63,412 nucleotides of DNA from Malacoraja senta (lineage: Eukaryota), in NCBI GenBank assembly GCA_038087875.1, contig JAXLNO010000630.1, positions 248,001-311,412 on the forward strand, given 5' to 3'. Each line of letters starts with the position of its first letter. Position 1 is the stretch's first letter. Positions 1 to 11,662 of the stretch are shown here, one piece after another. The notes beneath the pieces were generated by a model that saw only the letters and a program-made list of their open reading frames with translations, searched no databases and was not told the DNA's origin. Made by a program: the position numbers and the translations under genes.

Positions 1-628
1 TGCATATGGTCAGCTGGGATGGGGGGTGACACGGTTGAGGGGGGGCAGAGCATGATAGTGAGCAGATGGATGGAATGGGATGTCCATGGCTGGAGCAGAC
101 AAGCTTGCATCGAGAGCCTCTGTGGATGTAACGGGGTCGACGTAGAAGTCCAAATTGTTTAATGATTGTGATGCAGGATGAGGTGTGATTGTTGGAGAGA
201 CCAGTCAGCCGCAGAGCCGAGTATTTGATCATGATGAAGTGGCAGAGAGGTTGTCCAGCGGTGAGGGCGCAGAGAGGTGACCAGCAGAGAAGTCGAAGAG
301 AGGTGTGCAGCAGCGATGGGTATCCGGTAGCGAGGGCGCAGAGAGGTCGTCCAGCGGTGCAGGTGCAGAGAGGCATCCAGCGGTGCAGGTGGAGAAAGAA
401 GCCAGCGGTGGGTGAGCAGAGAGGCCGTCCGGTAGAGCGGGTGCAGCGAGGTGTCCAGCAGTGAGGGAGCAAAGAGGCCGTCCAGCAGTGCAGGTGCAGT
501 GAGGCGACGAGCGGTGCAGGTGGAGAGAGAAGCCAGTGGTGGGTGAGCAGAGAGGCTGTCCAGAGCTGGTGCAGCGAGGAGTCCAGCAGTGAGGGAACAA
601 AGAGGCTGTCCAGCAGTGCGGGTGCAGG
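1..628 (-). mobile_element. 5' part of an L2-clade-like LINE (ORF start at 232 running off the left edge), abutting a CR1 fragment
   Basis: Minus strand from 232 reads MIKYSALRLTGLSNNHTSSCITIIKQFGLLRRPRYIHRGSRCK. The GLLRRPRYIHRGSR motif resembles the N-terminus of fish L2 ORFs (recognised from memory). The duplicate CR1 at ~20360 lacks this sequence. Confidence 0.55.
241..628. repeat. GC-rich minisatellite, ~24-29 bp units (gcagagaggccgtccagcggtgcaggt variants)
   Basis: Repeated GCAGAGAGG..CCAGC(A/G)GTG units are visible directly and account for the short spurious ORFs here. Confidence 0.85.
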
Positions 629-1930
629 GGCCTCCCCTGTATTCTAAAGGCCGTGTCTTACCTGTTTGCGGTCATCGGCGGTGAAGCGCGGTGTAGACGG
701 TAGCTAGGACCGCGCGGCAACGGCAAGAGCGTCGAGGCTATCCACCGGAGCGCCGCACGGATGTTGCGCGGGGGCCGAGTTAATTCAAACACGGCGGGTC
801 CCACGTGCTTGCGGTAAGTAAAAAAAGGGCGGGCCGACTGCGATGACGTCGGCCCCCCGCACGTGATTCACCAGCGGCGGCTGTGGCGGCGGCCATCCTG
901 ATCGCGGCGCTGTAGCGGTGGCTGTGCCTGCGGCCGCGTAGCACACGTGTCTCACTGGCGGCGGCACGTGCGTCACTGGCGGAGGCTGTGGCAGAGGAGG
1001 TTTGACGCACGGCGCTCGACCCACACTGGCGGCGGCCCGTGCGAGCGGCCGTGCGCACTCGTGCATCACTGGTGGAGGTTGTGCGGTGAGTATTTGGTTT
1101 TCGACATTGTCGATTTTATTTTTGCACCGCGCGGTGTTGGGAACACCGTCGCACGGCCCGGGAATTGTTCTTTCTCACGAGTGCGCGGTCTATGGCGGCA
1201 GATTCTTCCCGTTTCGCCGCCAATGACCGCAGATTCGTGAGACAGACCTTTAAGTCTGTGGCTCCTGGTTCTGGACTCACCCAACATTGGGAACATGTTT
1301 CCTGCCTCGAGCTTGTCCAGTCCTTTTATAATTTTAAATGTTTCTATAAGTTCCCCCCTCATCCTTCTAAACTCCAGTGAATACAAGCCTAGTCTTTTCA
1401 ATCTTTCCTCACATGACTGTCCCGCCATCCCAGGGATCAATATCGAGAACCTACACTGCACTGCCTCAATCACAAGCATGTCCTTCCTCAAATTAGGAGA
1501 CCAAAACTGTACACAATTCTCCAGATGTGGTCTCACCAGAGCCCAATACAACTGCAGAAGAACCTCTTTACTCCTATACTGAAATCCTCTTGTTATGAAG
1601 GCCAACATTCCATTAGCTTTCTTCACTGCCTGCTGTACCTGCACGCCAACTTTCAGTGACCGGTGTACAGGGACACCCAGGTCTCGCTGTACCTCCCCCT
1701 TACCTAACCTAACCCCATTGAGATAATAATCTGCCACCTTGATTTTACCACCAAAGTGGATAACCTCACATTTATCTATATTATACTACATCTGCGACGC
1801 ATCCGCCCACTCACTCAACCTGTCCAGGTCACCCTGCAACCTCCTAACACCCTCTTCACCGTTCACACTGCCACCCAGCTTTGTGTCATCTTCAAACTTG
1901 CTAGTGTTGCTCCTAATTCCCTCTTCCAAA
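629..1930 (-). mobile_element. CR1 LINE, RT C-terminal fragment (interrupted by the MITE)
   Basis: ORF 1066..1737 has typical CR1 motifs: QRDLGV, KKANGMLAFI, LVRPHLENCVQFWSP, LGLYSLEFRRMRG, ESRTRSH. Confidence 0.92.
647..1250. mobile_element. Non-autonomous DNA transposon (MITE) with short imperfect TIRs, PIF/Harbinger-like, inserted in CR1
   Basis: The empty site tattc-TA-agtc is in the duplicate (~20371). Here: tattcTA[AAGGCCGTGTCTTAC...GTGAGACAGACCTT]TAagtc. The TIR resembles that of the 54433-55132 element. Internal CACTGGCGGCGGC repeats. Confidence 0.75.
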
Positions 1931-2123
1931 TATATATGAATAAGGCCGCCGTTTATCCCGGAGAATTTCCCAAGAGCGCTGGAGTTAAATAAAACCGATT
2001 TTATATCGCAAAGTTACTGACAGACCTCAAGACGAACATTGCTGAATTACTTTAAAATGCAGCTGATCAGCACAACCCTGATGTCAAAGAAAATGGAGGT
2101 TGTTTTTTCAAAGTAAAACTTAC

Positions 2124-2202
2124 ATTAATGTGGTTGACAAGTTCCTTTGTAAGCCGAACGGCCAAATTTGGGATGCCTGCCTTTCTGTCGTCAAAAAGTG
2201 GC
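2124..2202 (-). pseudogene. mx: Mx (interferon-induced dynamin-like GTPase) pseudogene exon, 79 nt, copy 1
   Basis: ag|G CCA CTT...CAC ATT AAT|gtaagt. Encodes PLFDDRKAGIPNLAVRLTKELVNHIN, similar to Mx LLEEGKATVPCLAEKLTSELITHI. Phase fits the 199-nt exon. Confidence 0.85.
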
Positions 2203-2344
2203 CTAGTTATTAAAATTGTGAAAAAAAAGAATAACTTGGTCAAGGTTGAAACATTGCGAGATAGTGGCAAAATAACAATCAAACAATTTTACATTGCTTG
2301 CAGATGGAAACAAAAACTCTGTTTATACAAAGCGAACTTCCAAG

Positions 2345-2732
2345 GATGGCACTGTGGCGCAGCGATAGAGTTGCTGCCTTGCAGCGCCAGAGACCTGATG
2401 GGCGTCAGGGATTATGGGGAAAAAGCAGGAGAATCGGGTTAGAAGAAAGAGATAGATCAGCCATGATTGATTGGCGGAGTAGACTTGATGGGCCGAATGG
2501 CCCAAATTCTGCGCCTATCATTTATGACCTTATGAGACCCAGGTTAGATCCCGACTACGGGTGCTTTTCTGCACGGAGTTTGTACGTTCTCCCCGTGACC
2601 TTCAATGGTCTCCTCCCACACTCCAAAGATTGTCCCTAGTGTGTGTAGGACAGTGTTAACATGCAGGGATCGCTGGTCAGTGCAGACACGGTGGGCCGAA
2701 GCACCTTTTTCCTCGCTGTATCTCTTAACTAA
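2345..2732 (+). mobile_element. tRNA-derived SINE containing a CR1 3'-end piece (~2398-2533)
   Basis: Head GGCACTGTGGCGCAGCGATAGAGTTGCTGCC (A-box-like), B-box-like GGTTAGATCCC, body GGAGTTTGTACGTTCTCCCCGTGACC, tail CTGTATCTCTTAACTAAAC. Confidence 0.8.
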
Positions 2733-2900
2733 ACAATGTGAAATTTGACTCAATGGCATACATTGTCCTGGGACTGCAAGGCGACTATTTGGTGCAGCTT
2801 GATATGAAGGCTGTTTGCACATGTAACTGTTAGGTGTCTACCATCTACACAATCTGCCATCTCCACTTCACTTAATGGAAAACAAGTCTTCACCATTTAC

Positions 2901-3099
2901 CCAAATTGTTCATGGTTTTCAAAAAATGCCTTTTCCTTTGCGATTGCATCCACCAGTGATATATTTTCATTGATGTCGTTCTAGCCACTACACTTAATGA
3001 TCATGTGTCCCTTCGCCAGCTCTACTGTCAGGTTCTGCACAATGTCAACTACGTTCTTCTCTGTTCCTTTATCCACCAGGTCAAGTTTGGTCAAAATAC
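2901..3099 (-). pseudogene. mx: Mx pseudogene exon, 199 nt (G4 motif region), in-frame TAG at 2981-2983, copy 1
   Basis: ag|GT ATT TTG ACC AAA...TTT GG|gtaaat. Encodes (G)[64 protein letters not shown], similar to Mx [14 protein letters not shown]...KGYMIVKCRGQ. The 199+79 nt exon pair matches vertebrate Mx structure as I recall it. Confidence 0.88.
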
Positions 3100-3344
3100 C
3101 TTCAAATTTAAAAGTAAAAAGGGAAAGATTATGGAATTAATTTGTTGCCACTGATTAGTGGTTGTGGTGCCCGAAATATTGAAAATAATAAGGAAGATGG
3201 TATGGAACTATAATTGTCACATGTACCGAGGTACAGTTAAGTTCATTTTTATATCCAATTCAGTACAACATAAGCACTATATTAGGGCGGTACGGTGGCA
3301 AAGCGGTAGAGTTGCTGCCTTACAGCACCAAAGATCTGGGTTTG

Positions 3345-3990
3345 ATAGACAATAGACAATGTGTGCAGGAGTAGGCCATTCGGTCCTTCGAGCCAGCACA
3401 GCCATTCAATGTGATCATGGCTGATCATCCCTAATCAGCACTCCTTTCCTGCCATCTCCCCATATCCCGTGACTCCGCAATCTTTAAGAGCCCTATCTAG
3501 CTCTCTCTTCAAACTATCCAGAGGACAGGCCTCCACCACCCTCTGAGGCAGAGAATTCCACAGACTCACAACTCTCTGTGTGAAGTACTGTTTCCTCCTC
3601 CCCGTTCTAAATGGCTTACCCCTTATTCTTAAACTGTGGCCCCTGGTTCTGGACTCTCCCAACATCTGGATCATATTTCCTACCTCTACCGTGTCCAAAC
3701 CCTTAGTAATCTTATATGTTTCAATAAGATGCCCTCTCATCCTTCTAAACTCCAGACTATACAAGCCCAGTCGCTCCATTCTCTCAGCATATGACAGTCC
3801 CGCCATCCCGGGAATTAACCTTGTAAACCTATGCTGCACTCCCTCAATAGCAAGAATGTCCTTCCTCAAATTAGGAGGCCAAAACTGCACACAATACTCC
3901 AGATGTGTTCTCACTAGGGCCCCATACAACTGCAGAAGTACCTCTTTGCTCAACTCCTCTTGTTATGAAGGCCAACATACCATTCGCTTT
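3345..3990 (-). mobile_element. CR1 LINE 3' fragment with (CAATAGA)n-type tail
   Basis: ORF 3435..3953 (LVRTHLEYCVQFWPP...FTQRVVSLWNSLP) plus 3'UTR and the tail TAGACAATAGACAAT. Confidence 0.92.
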
Positions 3991-4515
3991 CAGATGCTGT
4001 CAGTATGGAGTTTGTATGTTCTCCCTGTGACGGCGTGGGTTTTCTCCGAGATCTTTGGTATCCTCCCACACCCCAAGGATGTACAGGTTTGTAGATTAAT
4101 AGTAAGATTAAACGAGAACTTATCAGTTTGAAGTTTGATCTTTATTTTATGAGGAGTGACGTTAGTGATTACGTGAAGAAGACCCGTCAGGGCGCCTGCG
4201 CGTCAATCTTCAAAGCAGCAGTGTGAAATCACAAACAACAAGAACGAAGTTAATATAGTAACCTAATAAAACGAGTAAATTAAGAACTTCCATCTGACCT
4301 TTATGATAGAGGGTTGGGCGTGGTGGGCACGTAATCACCAACGTAACTCCTCATAAAATAAAGATCAAATTTCAAACTGGTAAGTTCTCGTTTAATCTTA
4401 CAATGTTACTTCGGAGTCACGTGAGTGACTACGTGAAGATTTTAAAGCTTTGTGATTTCATGCCGCATTTGGTCAACTCATGGGACCAAATTGGATTTCA
4501 TGCCGCTGGGTGGTC

Positions 4516-5415
4516 AACTCCTTGGACCACCCAGCGGCTGCGAGAATATGGTCGACGGGGACGTCCTTCGCCCTGGCTGCCGACGTTGCTGCTGCCCTAG
4601 ACGAATGGGACGTAAAAACATCAGTGTTAATACCTGCAGCAATCAAGACTTGTTTTAGCCATCTTGAACTAGTCTGTACTGAGACTCTCTTGTGTGGTTT
4701 CTTGTGTGTGATAAACAATCCAGTTTCCATATTTCGTAAGATCTTTGTAACCTCAATGTATTGTGACAAATATGTCTTAATACATAGACATGGATCCGTT
4801 GGATATGCTGACAAAACAATTCTGAATCCTGTCACACCTGGCCTACTTTGTTTCAGTAGGTCATAAATGTAAAACATAACATTATCTTCAGCTACTTCCA
4901 TCCTGTCTATTTGCAATTTAAGTAATGTCTGCACTCCCTGTGATGTTACTAATGCCATTAACATGACCACTTTCATACTGAGTTTGGCCTAAGTCAAAGA
5001 CGTACCAGGAGACCATTCACGAAGTAGCTTAAGAACCACACTTCCATCCCAGATTGCCATGTACCTAGGCTTAGGAGGTCTGGAATTAAAAATTCCTTTC
5101 ATCAATCTGGAAACAAGTGGATGAGACCCAATAGGATTTCCTTCTGACTCCACAAATAAATATGAGGACAATGCACTCCTGGCTGAATTAATTGCACTAT
5201 AACTCAAGCCTTCATCGTAGTAAAGTGTTGACAAAAACTCTAAAACATTTTGAGATATCTGCCATACAATATTCAACATTCTTTTGAACACAGAACTTTT
5301 CCCATTTCTTAATATAAGAAAGGTACTGCTTTTGAGTGCTCTTCCTCCAGGCTGCCGTAAGCATGTCCACAGTACGCCCAGACAGTCCTCGCCCAAGAAA
5401 AGGCCTTCTTAAAAC
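4516..5415 (-). pseudogene. DIRS A tyrosine recombinase (frameshifted; C-terminal catalytic Tyr region deleted)
   Basis: VLRRPFLGRGLS..., SYSAINSARSALS, LLKQSRPG, SHSSRAAATS, GWS. The FY motif seen in copies C and D is missing. Confidence 0.9.
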
Positions 5416-7696
5416 CTGCAAATGAACAAATCCAAATGATCATATAATGGATGTTGTTCTCCTGTTACCAGATGCAGTAGTAAATCCCTTCTTTTCGGGA
5501 CTTTCATCAAAGGCTGTGTCGTCAATTCCAATATTAAAGCAAACCATGGCTGTGTAGGCCAATCTGGTACCACCAATACCCCTGAATCTTGCCTGATTTT
5601 AAGCAAACACTGACTTATGAGGCAGAAAGGTGGAAATGCATACAAACACTTATCACCCCAATGTAGCGACAAAGCATCAATCGCTACTGCACCTGGACCT
5701 GGTTCCCATGACACACATCTCGATAGCTGATGATTTAATCTAGATGCGAACAAGTCGATATCTGGCATTCCAAATCTGATTACTATGTCATTGAATATCT
5801 CTCGATTCAATATCCATTCTTTGTTATCATGGAATTTTCTTGAACTGGTGTCTGCTATAATATTCATTCTACCTGGTAGATAAATAGTTGAAATCCAAAT
5901 ATTCTTGTCAATACACCAAGACCAGATTTGATTAGCCAACTTGTCACATGACACCGACTTGATTCCACCCATATGGTTAATATATGCAACTGCTGTTGTG
6001 TTATCAACTTGAAACTGAACATGCAGGTTAGTCGTGTTAGAGCAATAAGCTTGGAGTCCTAGAAGCTCCAAATAGTTGATTCCCCATGTCTGCAGTAACG
6101 ATGCCTCTTCAACGTTCCATCTGCCTCCGCAGCTGGATTCCTAGTGCACTGACATCTGTTTGCAATACCATGGAAGGCTGTTCAATCAGTATTTCACTGA
6201 AACTACTTGAGACATGTAGTATCCACCACTGCAAATCAGAAACAGCATTTGTTGTTAACTGCATGGCGCTATCAACATGGCCACCATGCATCCTCAGTGC
6301 CTGTTCTTTAGCTCTCTGTAGCTGTTGGTAATGTAATGGCCCATATTGTACAACTGGAAAAGCTGCTACTAATTTCCCCTGCACTCTAGCCACATGTCTA
6401 ATTGAAGTTTTTTGCTCATTTAACAGCTTAATGCAATCATCAATCAACTCCACCCTTTTTTCACAAGGCAAAGTAATTTCCATGTGAACTGAATCAATTG
6501 TGAAACCCAAATAATCAATTGATGTACATGGTGTTAAACTTGATTTCTTTGGATGTATTATAAATCCCAAACTTTCAAAAGTGGATTTAACAACTGAAAC
6601 AGATAACTCTGCTGACTCTTTTGTTCGTCCTATAATCAGGACATCATCCAAGTACGCCATTACCACATGCCCCTGGCCTCTCAGCAGTCCCAGAATTGGT
6701 TGTAATAATTTAGTGACTATTCTGGGAGCTGAACTTAATCCATTAGGCAGAGCTTTAAACTGCCATAACTGGTTCATCCAGGTAAATTTTAGATATTTTC
6801 TATCTTCCAAATGAACAGACACTGAATAATATGCATCTTTTAGATCTATAGTTGCCATATAACATGCTTTTGAAATAAGTTGCTTGGCAGTCACAAAAGT
6901 CTCCATTTTAAAGTGTCTAAATTGAACAAAAGGATTAAGACTTGTCAAGTCCAAAATAATCCTACATCCTCCATCCCTTTTAGGTCAGGGAAATATATTA
7001 GACACAAATTGGTGGGTTTGATAAACCGACTTTTCAATAACACCTTTATTATATGCACTTATTCCAGAACCCAGCAGCTTTAATATTCTCTGCAGCTTTA
7101 TTTCTTGAGCTCTCATAGTCATGCTCATCTGACCCCATATCACTTGGTTTACTGCTGGTGCCTTTAATAATACGCAGTTCCTCGGGGTCTCGTGCTTTTT
7201 GGCAGTTTCATCCATTGCAAGTTGTTCCAGCAGATGGGATACCAAATAATTGATTGTGGAGGCCAACTCCTCTCCCAGTGGCTCTCCTGACCCTGACGGG
7301 GCATCGAATCGTACTGCCAGAGGTGGAATATCTGGCAGCTGCCGTTCTTCGCTTGAATCGGCCTCACCGTCAGAGTCGGGGTCAGAACTCTGCTGAGTGC
7401 GCTTTTCTCCAGTAGCCTGTGTATAAGGCTTTCCATTTGAGAGATCCGCTCAAAAGCGGTATCCAGCCGAGGAGTTACATCCATCTCTTCGGACTCCTCC
7501 TCCTTGGGCCGTATGGACTTGAATTTTGCCTTGCGCCCCACTGGCGCTGACTGAGTTATTTTCAACCCCAAGTTACAGTCGCTACGCTCCCAGCCGGCGA
7601 CTGTACAGGGGTCTTAGGCGGCTGTTCGCCGACCGCAATATCGCGACTTTCCAACGGCTTTGCCGCTCGCCTCTATCCCTTGTCCGTTTTTTCCAT
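5409..7696 (-). pseudogene. DIRS A gag and RT-RNaseH-DNA adenine methyltransferase-like ORFs, disrupted
   Basis: IDLKDAYY, ALPNGLSSAPR, AYLDDVL, QVDNTTAVAYINHMGG, DIDLFASRLN, YAFPPF, VPDWPTQPWF. Gag ATG at 7696 (GCGCCATGG). Confidence 0.9.
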
Positions 7697-7910
7697 GGCG
7701 CCTGTGGAAAAAATCCCCACAGACCCACAGCAAACGGACACGGAAATACCGAAAAACGTTTTTTAGTTACCTTGTAATTTACGTCCGTTCGCGCCAATGC
7801 GTCTGACGTAATGACGCGCAGGCGCCCTGACGGGTCTTCTTCACGTAGTCACTCACGTGACTCCGAAGTAAAATTGGCTTTGTATGAATGTAAATTGTCC
7901 CTAGTGTGTA

Positions 7911-10106
7911 TATGTCTAAATCAACAGATAGGTAAATAGGTGCATGGTCACTTAAATCTATTGTTCCAATTCCACATCTATTGTTCCAATAACTTTATCC
8001 TTTCCAAATGTTATAAAATAGTCTATTCTTGTGTAAGGAGAGTGTGGGGCCAAGTAATGTGTGTAATCCCTTCTATTAAGTTATTATTATTAGGGAAAAG
8101 GTCCCGCCATATATCAATTAAACCGACCTCTTTAAAAAGAGTTTTGACTTTCTTGTGTAAAGACTTTGTATCATGAGTTTTTCTACTGGACGAGTCTAGC
8201 TCTGGTTATAAATGTATATTTAGGTCTCCCCCACAAATAAGAAGGCCTTCCGTTTCCGTTATCATGATATTAATAATTCTCTGGAAGAAATTAAAATCAC
8301 TTCCAGGAGGTGCATATACATTCAACAACGTAACTTGATTCCCATCTATATCCCCCCTTACTAAAATAAAGCTACCCTCCTTATCACTCATTTCAAATAC
8401 CTTCTCAAAATTTAACTTGCTTGAGATGAGAGTAGCGACTCCTCTCCTACATCCCAATATATATGAGGAGAAAAAGAGGTTAGTGAAACCCATTCTGTTA
8501 ATTTTTTCGTGTTCTTTGTCATTTAGATGGGTTTCCTGTAAGTGTACTATATGGGCTTGTTCTTTCCTCATTTTAGTTAGAATTTTGCTGCGTTTAATTG
8601 GGTTTAACAGTCCATTAAAAGAGATGAATTTTACCTTCCCATTAGCCATTTGTATTTCACTTTCTGTGTATCAGTAACATGGTGAAATAAGACATAACAG
8701 ATCTACTCCCTGAACAGACAAGAACGAAAGATCATGAAAAAACAGAGGCGTAATTCGAAGGTAGGGGTCTCCTGTGGTTGACCCTGGGCTAGGCTTGAGG
8801 AAAAGCCTAGTGGTGGGGGAGAGCCTCTCTCATCTGTGAGCTGAGTCCCCCCCCTCCCCCTGCAGCATCCAAAAAGAAAAAAACTCCGTCCATAAGCTGG
8901 AACAGACTTCCCTGTGCATTCCTCCCTTGTACTTATCTTCATTTAAATAAGGGAAAACAGTTGAACGTAACAAATGAAATAAAGCACTGTCGAATTTTAA
9001 GTTCTGTTCTGCTTACCTACATGTTTAAAGTTATCCATAACTTAAAGCTCTTCTGAAGATGAGGGCTGTCTTCTGAAGACCCGTAGTCTCTCCGCGATGT
9101 CCTTCTCCCGCTCCTCGGCCGTCTCCTGCAGACTTGATCTTCCCACCATCTCCCACGCAGTGCGGGACAGTTGCTCTGCCAGGACTCTTTCGGTGTGGTC
9201 ACTCTGACGGGCAGTCCTCTGTTCCTCATGTCAGTGGTTGCCTCATCCAGCGTCTGGTACAGCCATGTCTCGTCATCGTAAAATACTCGTAACTTGGCGG
9301 GGAACGGAGTCTGGAAGCGGATCTTGTTCTGCTTTAACATCCATTTCGCCTCAGAATATTATTTTTGCTTCTGTAGCACTGCTGGGGCGTAGTCTTGATC
9401 GAAGTATATTAGGCTTCCGCTCAAAAAGACTGGTTTCTTTCCCCAGGCCTTGCGCAAAATCTCCGGGGGGTTTCGGGATGAGGGATCAGTGCAATCTCTC
9501 GTTGTGAAACTCCGTGGTGTGTGGAAGTTCAAGTGTGTCCCGCAGTAGCTTATCCACAAAGTCCACCATAGACGACCTCTCAGGTCCTTCAGGAACATTA
9601 TATATCCGTATATTCTCCCGTCTGGAAAGCCCTTCTTGGTCGTGTAGCTTGTTTTCTTGCTCGTTTATTACTTTTATCATCTTAGCTAGCACTTACTCCA
9701 TGTTTAGAACACGGTCTTCCACCCTTTCGAGCCGTGTCTCTGCCACCGCTATTTTTTGATTAACATTGGTGAGTTTGCCCTTAATATCGATTAGCTGTTC
9801 TTTTGTGTCTTTGCGAAAGTCCGTATCTCCTCCAAAACAGTGGCTAAAATTAGCTCTACGTCTTTCTGGAGCGGGTTGGTTCTGGCTCTGCCATGTTTGA
9901 CCTTTGTAAGTGAGCCGTCCGTGTTTCCTTCATTTTCAGTGGCGCTTTTCTTGTTTACATCTCGTCTTCCCATTCTTGCCCATTTCATCAGGTCAGTTAT
10001 TCTCAATACATATTATATTTGACAAACTAATGGGACTAAATAAGTATGTTTCGGAGGAGCTGTTATCTTATGCTGCCATTCAGGATGGTGACGTCACCAG
10101 AATCTC
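7911..10106 (-). mobile_element. L1-clade LINE family b, 3'-truncated (5'UTR, broken ORF1, spacer, endonuclease only), copy 1
   Basis: ORF1 pieces SRRENIRIYNVPEG, YFDQDYAP, FPAKLRV; ORF2 start MANGKVKFISFNGLLNPIKR...LQETH...GGDLN; ends just after the SDH region. Confidence 0.9.
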
Positions 10107-10714
10107 TGTCACAAAGCTGTTTTCAATAATTTTGCAGGCTATTTACTGCAGACTTTAGCTTTAAAAATTCTCAGTCTTTAAAGAAAGTTGACTTTCAAAT
10201 AGGACAAAAGCAGCCGATCTAATCACGGTGCCCGGTCAATGATGTCTTCAATCTACTTTTCTTCTAATAACTCGTGTGGTAGATTAGCCTGCGACGGCGG
10301 ATTCTTTGTTCCAGGATTCAAGCTCTTATCTCATTCATAGAGATTCTGCTTTCTTCTTCAGTTCCACTGTAGAATCAGTTTTTTACTTGATGTAAAGGCA
10401 GTTTCTATAACGTTCTCAATGTCCAACTTTGATAGCCATTACTACTCGGGGATGTGGTGGAGATATAGTTTACGCACTCACCGTGCTCTTAAGATAGCAA
10501 TCTTCCAATCTTAAGAAAATGAATCTTTTTTAAAAAGTTTTTTGACAAGTATATCGGAATTGTTTGAAAAAGGTATAATATTTGCGGTAAGAAAATCATT
10601 TTTATGGCATTAATTTTGCCAACCATTGAGATAGGAAGTGTTTTCCAATACTGAATATTCTTATGTAGTTTATTCAGTAATGGGGGAAAGTTTGCTTTAA
10701 ATAATGATGTATAT

Positions 10715-11662
10715 TGGAAGTGGCGGCGCGGCACTGGCTGCAGCGGCTCATCGGCAGTCCTGTTTGTTTGTGTATTTTGTGTTGTTTATTTCGTTTTGGT
10801 TAGTCTAGTTTTTGTTTTTTAGTTTGTGTTTTGGGGGGTTGTAACGGGGTTTGCAGTCGCTCCCTGCGGGGGAATGCGACTTTTTGTCGTGTTCCCCTTC
10901 TCTGCCTCCGTCTGCGCTGAGGCCTAATGGAGGTATGGACCTCGAGGCTCCGGAGGCAGAGCCTGTCAGGACTCGACCTAAGCTCGCTCCCGTGAGGGTG
11001 GTCCGGCTCAGGGCTGGAACAGTGCTCCTGTGAGCGCCCAAGTCGGGGCGGCCCGGCCCGAGGGAGGTTCGGCGCCCAAGTCGGGGCGGCCCGGCCTGGG
11101 GAAGAAGCGACGCCCAAGTCGGGGCGGCCCGGCCTGGGGAAGAAGCGACGCCCAAGTCGGGGCGGCCCGGCCCGGGGGAGAAGCGACGACCATGTCGGAG
11201 AGGCCCGGCCCGGGGGAGGTTTGGCGCCCAAGTCGGGGCGGCCCGGCCTGGGGGAGAAGCGACGCCCATGTCGGGACGGCCCAGCCCGAGGCTGAAGATG
11301 GCACGGTACTCACGTGAGGGTGGCTAGAACGGAGTTCTGGCGGTGGTGGCCTGAGTCCGGGGTTCGGCCGCGGGCCAGCGGCTGCGTCTGCAGGACTGGT
11401 GGGCGGCAGCTTCGACCACCCCGGGCCGCCGTGTTTGAGCCGCGGGAAACATCGCCCGGGGGGTATCGCCTCAGCGCAGGGGGAGAAGAGGAGGGAAGAG
11501 ACTGCAGACCTAAGACTTTTGCCTCCATCACAGTGAGGAGATGTTGGGTGGACTCACTGTGGTGGATGTTAATATGTGTTTATTGTTGTTTTATGTATGA
11601 CTGTTGCAATTTTGTTCAGACTTCGGTCTGAATGACAATAAAGGGCTATCTAATCTAATATA
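10715..11662 (+). mobile_element. Non-coding GC-rich retroposon with Rex/Babar- or RTE-like 3' end, inserted in L1-c of copy 1 only
   Basis: Absent at the matching site of copy 2 (~36470, gtatat|gtctt). Flanked by ATAT. Ends ...GAATGACAATAAAGGG followed by (ATCTA)n-like repeats. Confidence 0.75.
11035..11298. repeat. 7 tandem ~38-bp units (CGCCCAAGTCGGGGCGGCCCGGCCTGGGGAAGAAGCGA)
   Basis: Head-to-tail copies visible directly; no unique spacers. Confidence 0.9.

Larger units (their letters stand above)
4098..7874 (-). mobile_element. DIRS1-type YR retrotransposon A; both termini intact, internally deleted and pseudogenised
   Basis: Short ITR (CGTGAAGAAGACCCGTCAGGGCGCCTGCGCGTCA near 4171 and its reverse complement near 7812-7845). 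ICR ~4328-4439 is complementary to both termini. Contains gag, RT (YLDD), RNase H, methyltransferase-like and YR remnants. Confidence 0.95.
3285..7910 (+). mobile_element. One tRNA-derived SINE split into three pieces (~3285-3344, ~3991-4100, ~7875-7910) by CR1 and DIRS insertions
   Basis: The pieces join to the same SINE seen in reverse orientation at ~17160-17512 (...GGTTTGTAGATTAAT|TGGCTTTG...TTGTCCCTAGTGTG). Confidence 0.8.

Noticed and set aside
2345..2400. tRNA gene
   Set aside because: A tRNA-like SINE head that continues into the SINE body; no complete cloverleaf. The same applies at ~3285, ~17500 and ~59900.
2901..3099. Classical dynamin call based on TKLD
   Set aside because: The surrounding residues ([18 protein letters not shown]) and the 199/79-nt exon pair fit Mx better.
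3580..4131. Antisense ORFs over CR1, DIRS and L1 (e.g. 3580..4131, 20192..20707, 23719..24270)
   Set aside because: Shadow ORFs on the opposite strand of TE coding sequence.
11035..11298. 38-bp repeats as a CRISPR array or coding repeat
   Set aside because: No unique spacers and no cas genes; eukaryotic context; ORFs occur in several frames because of GC richness.
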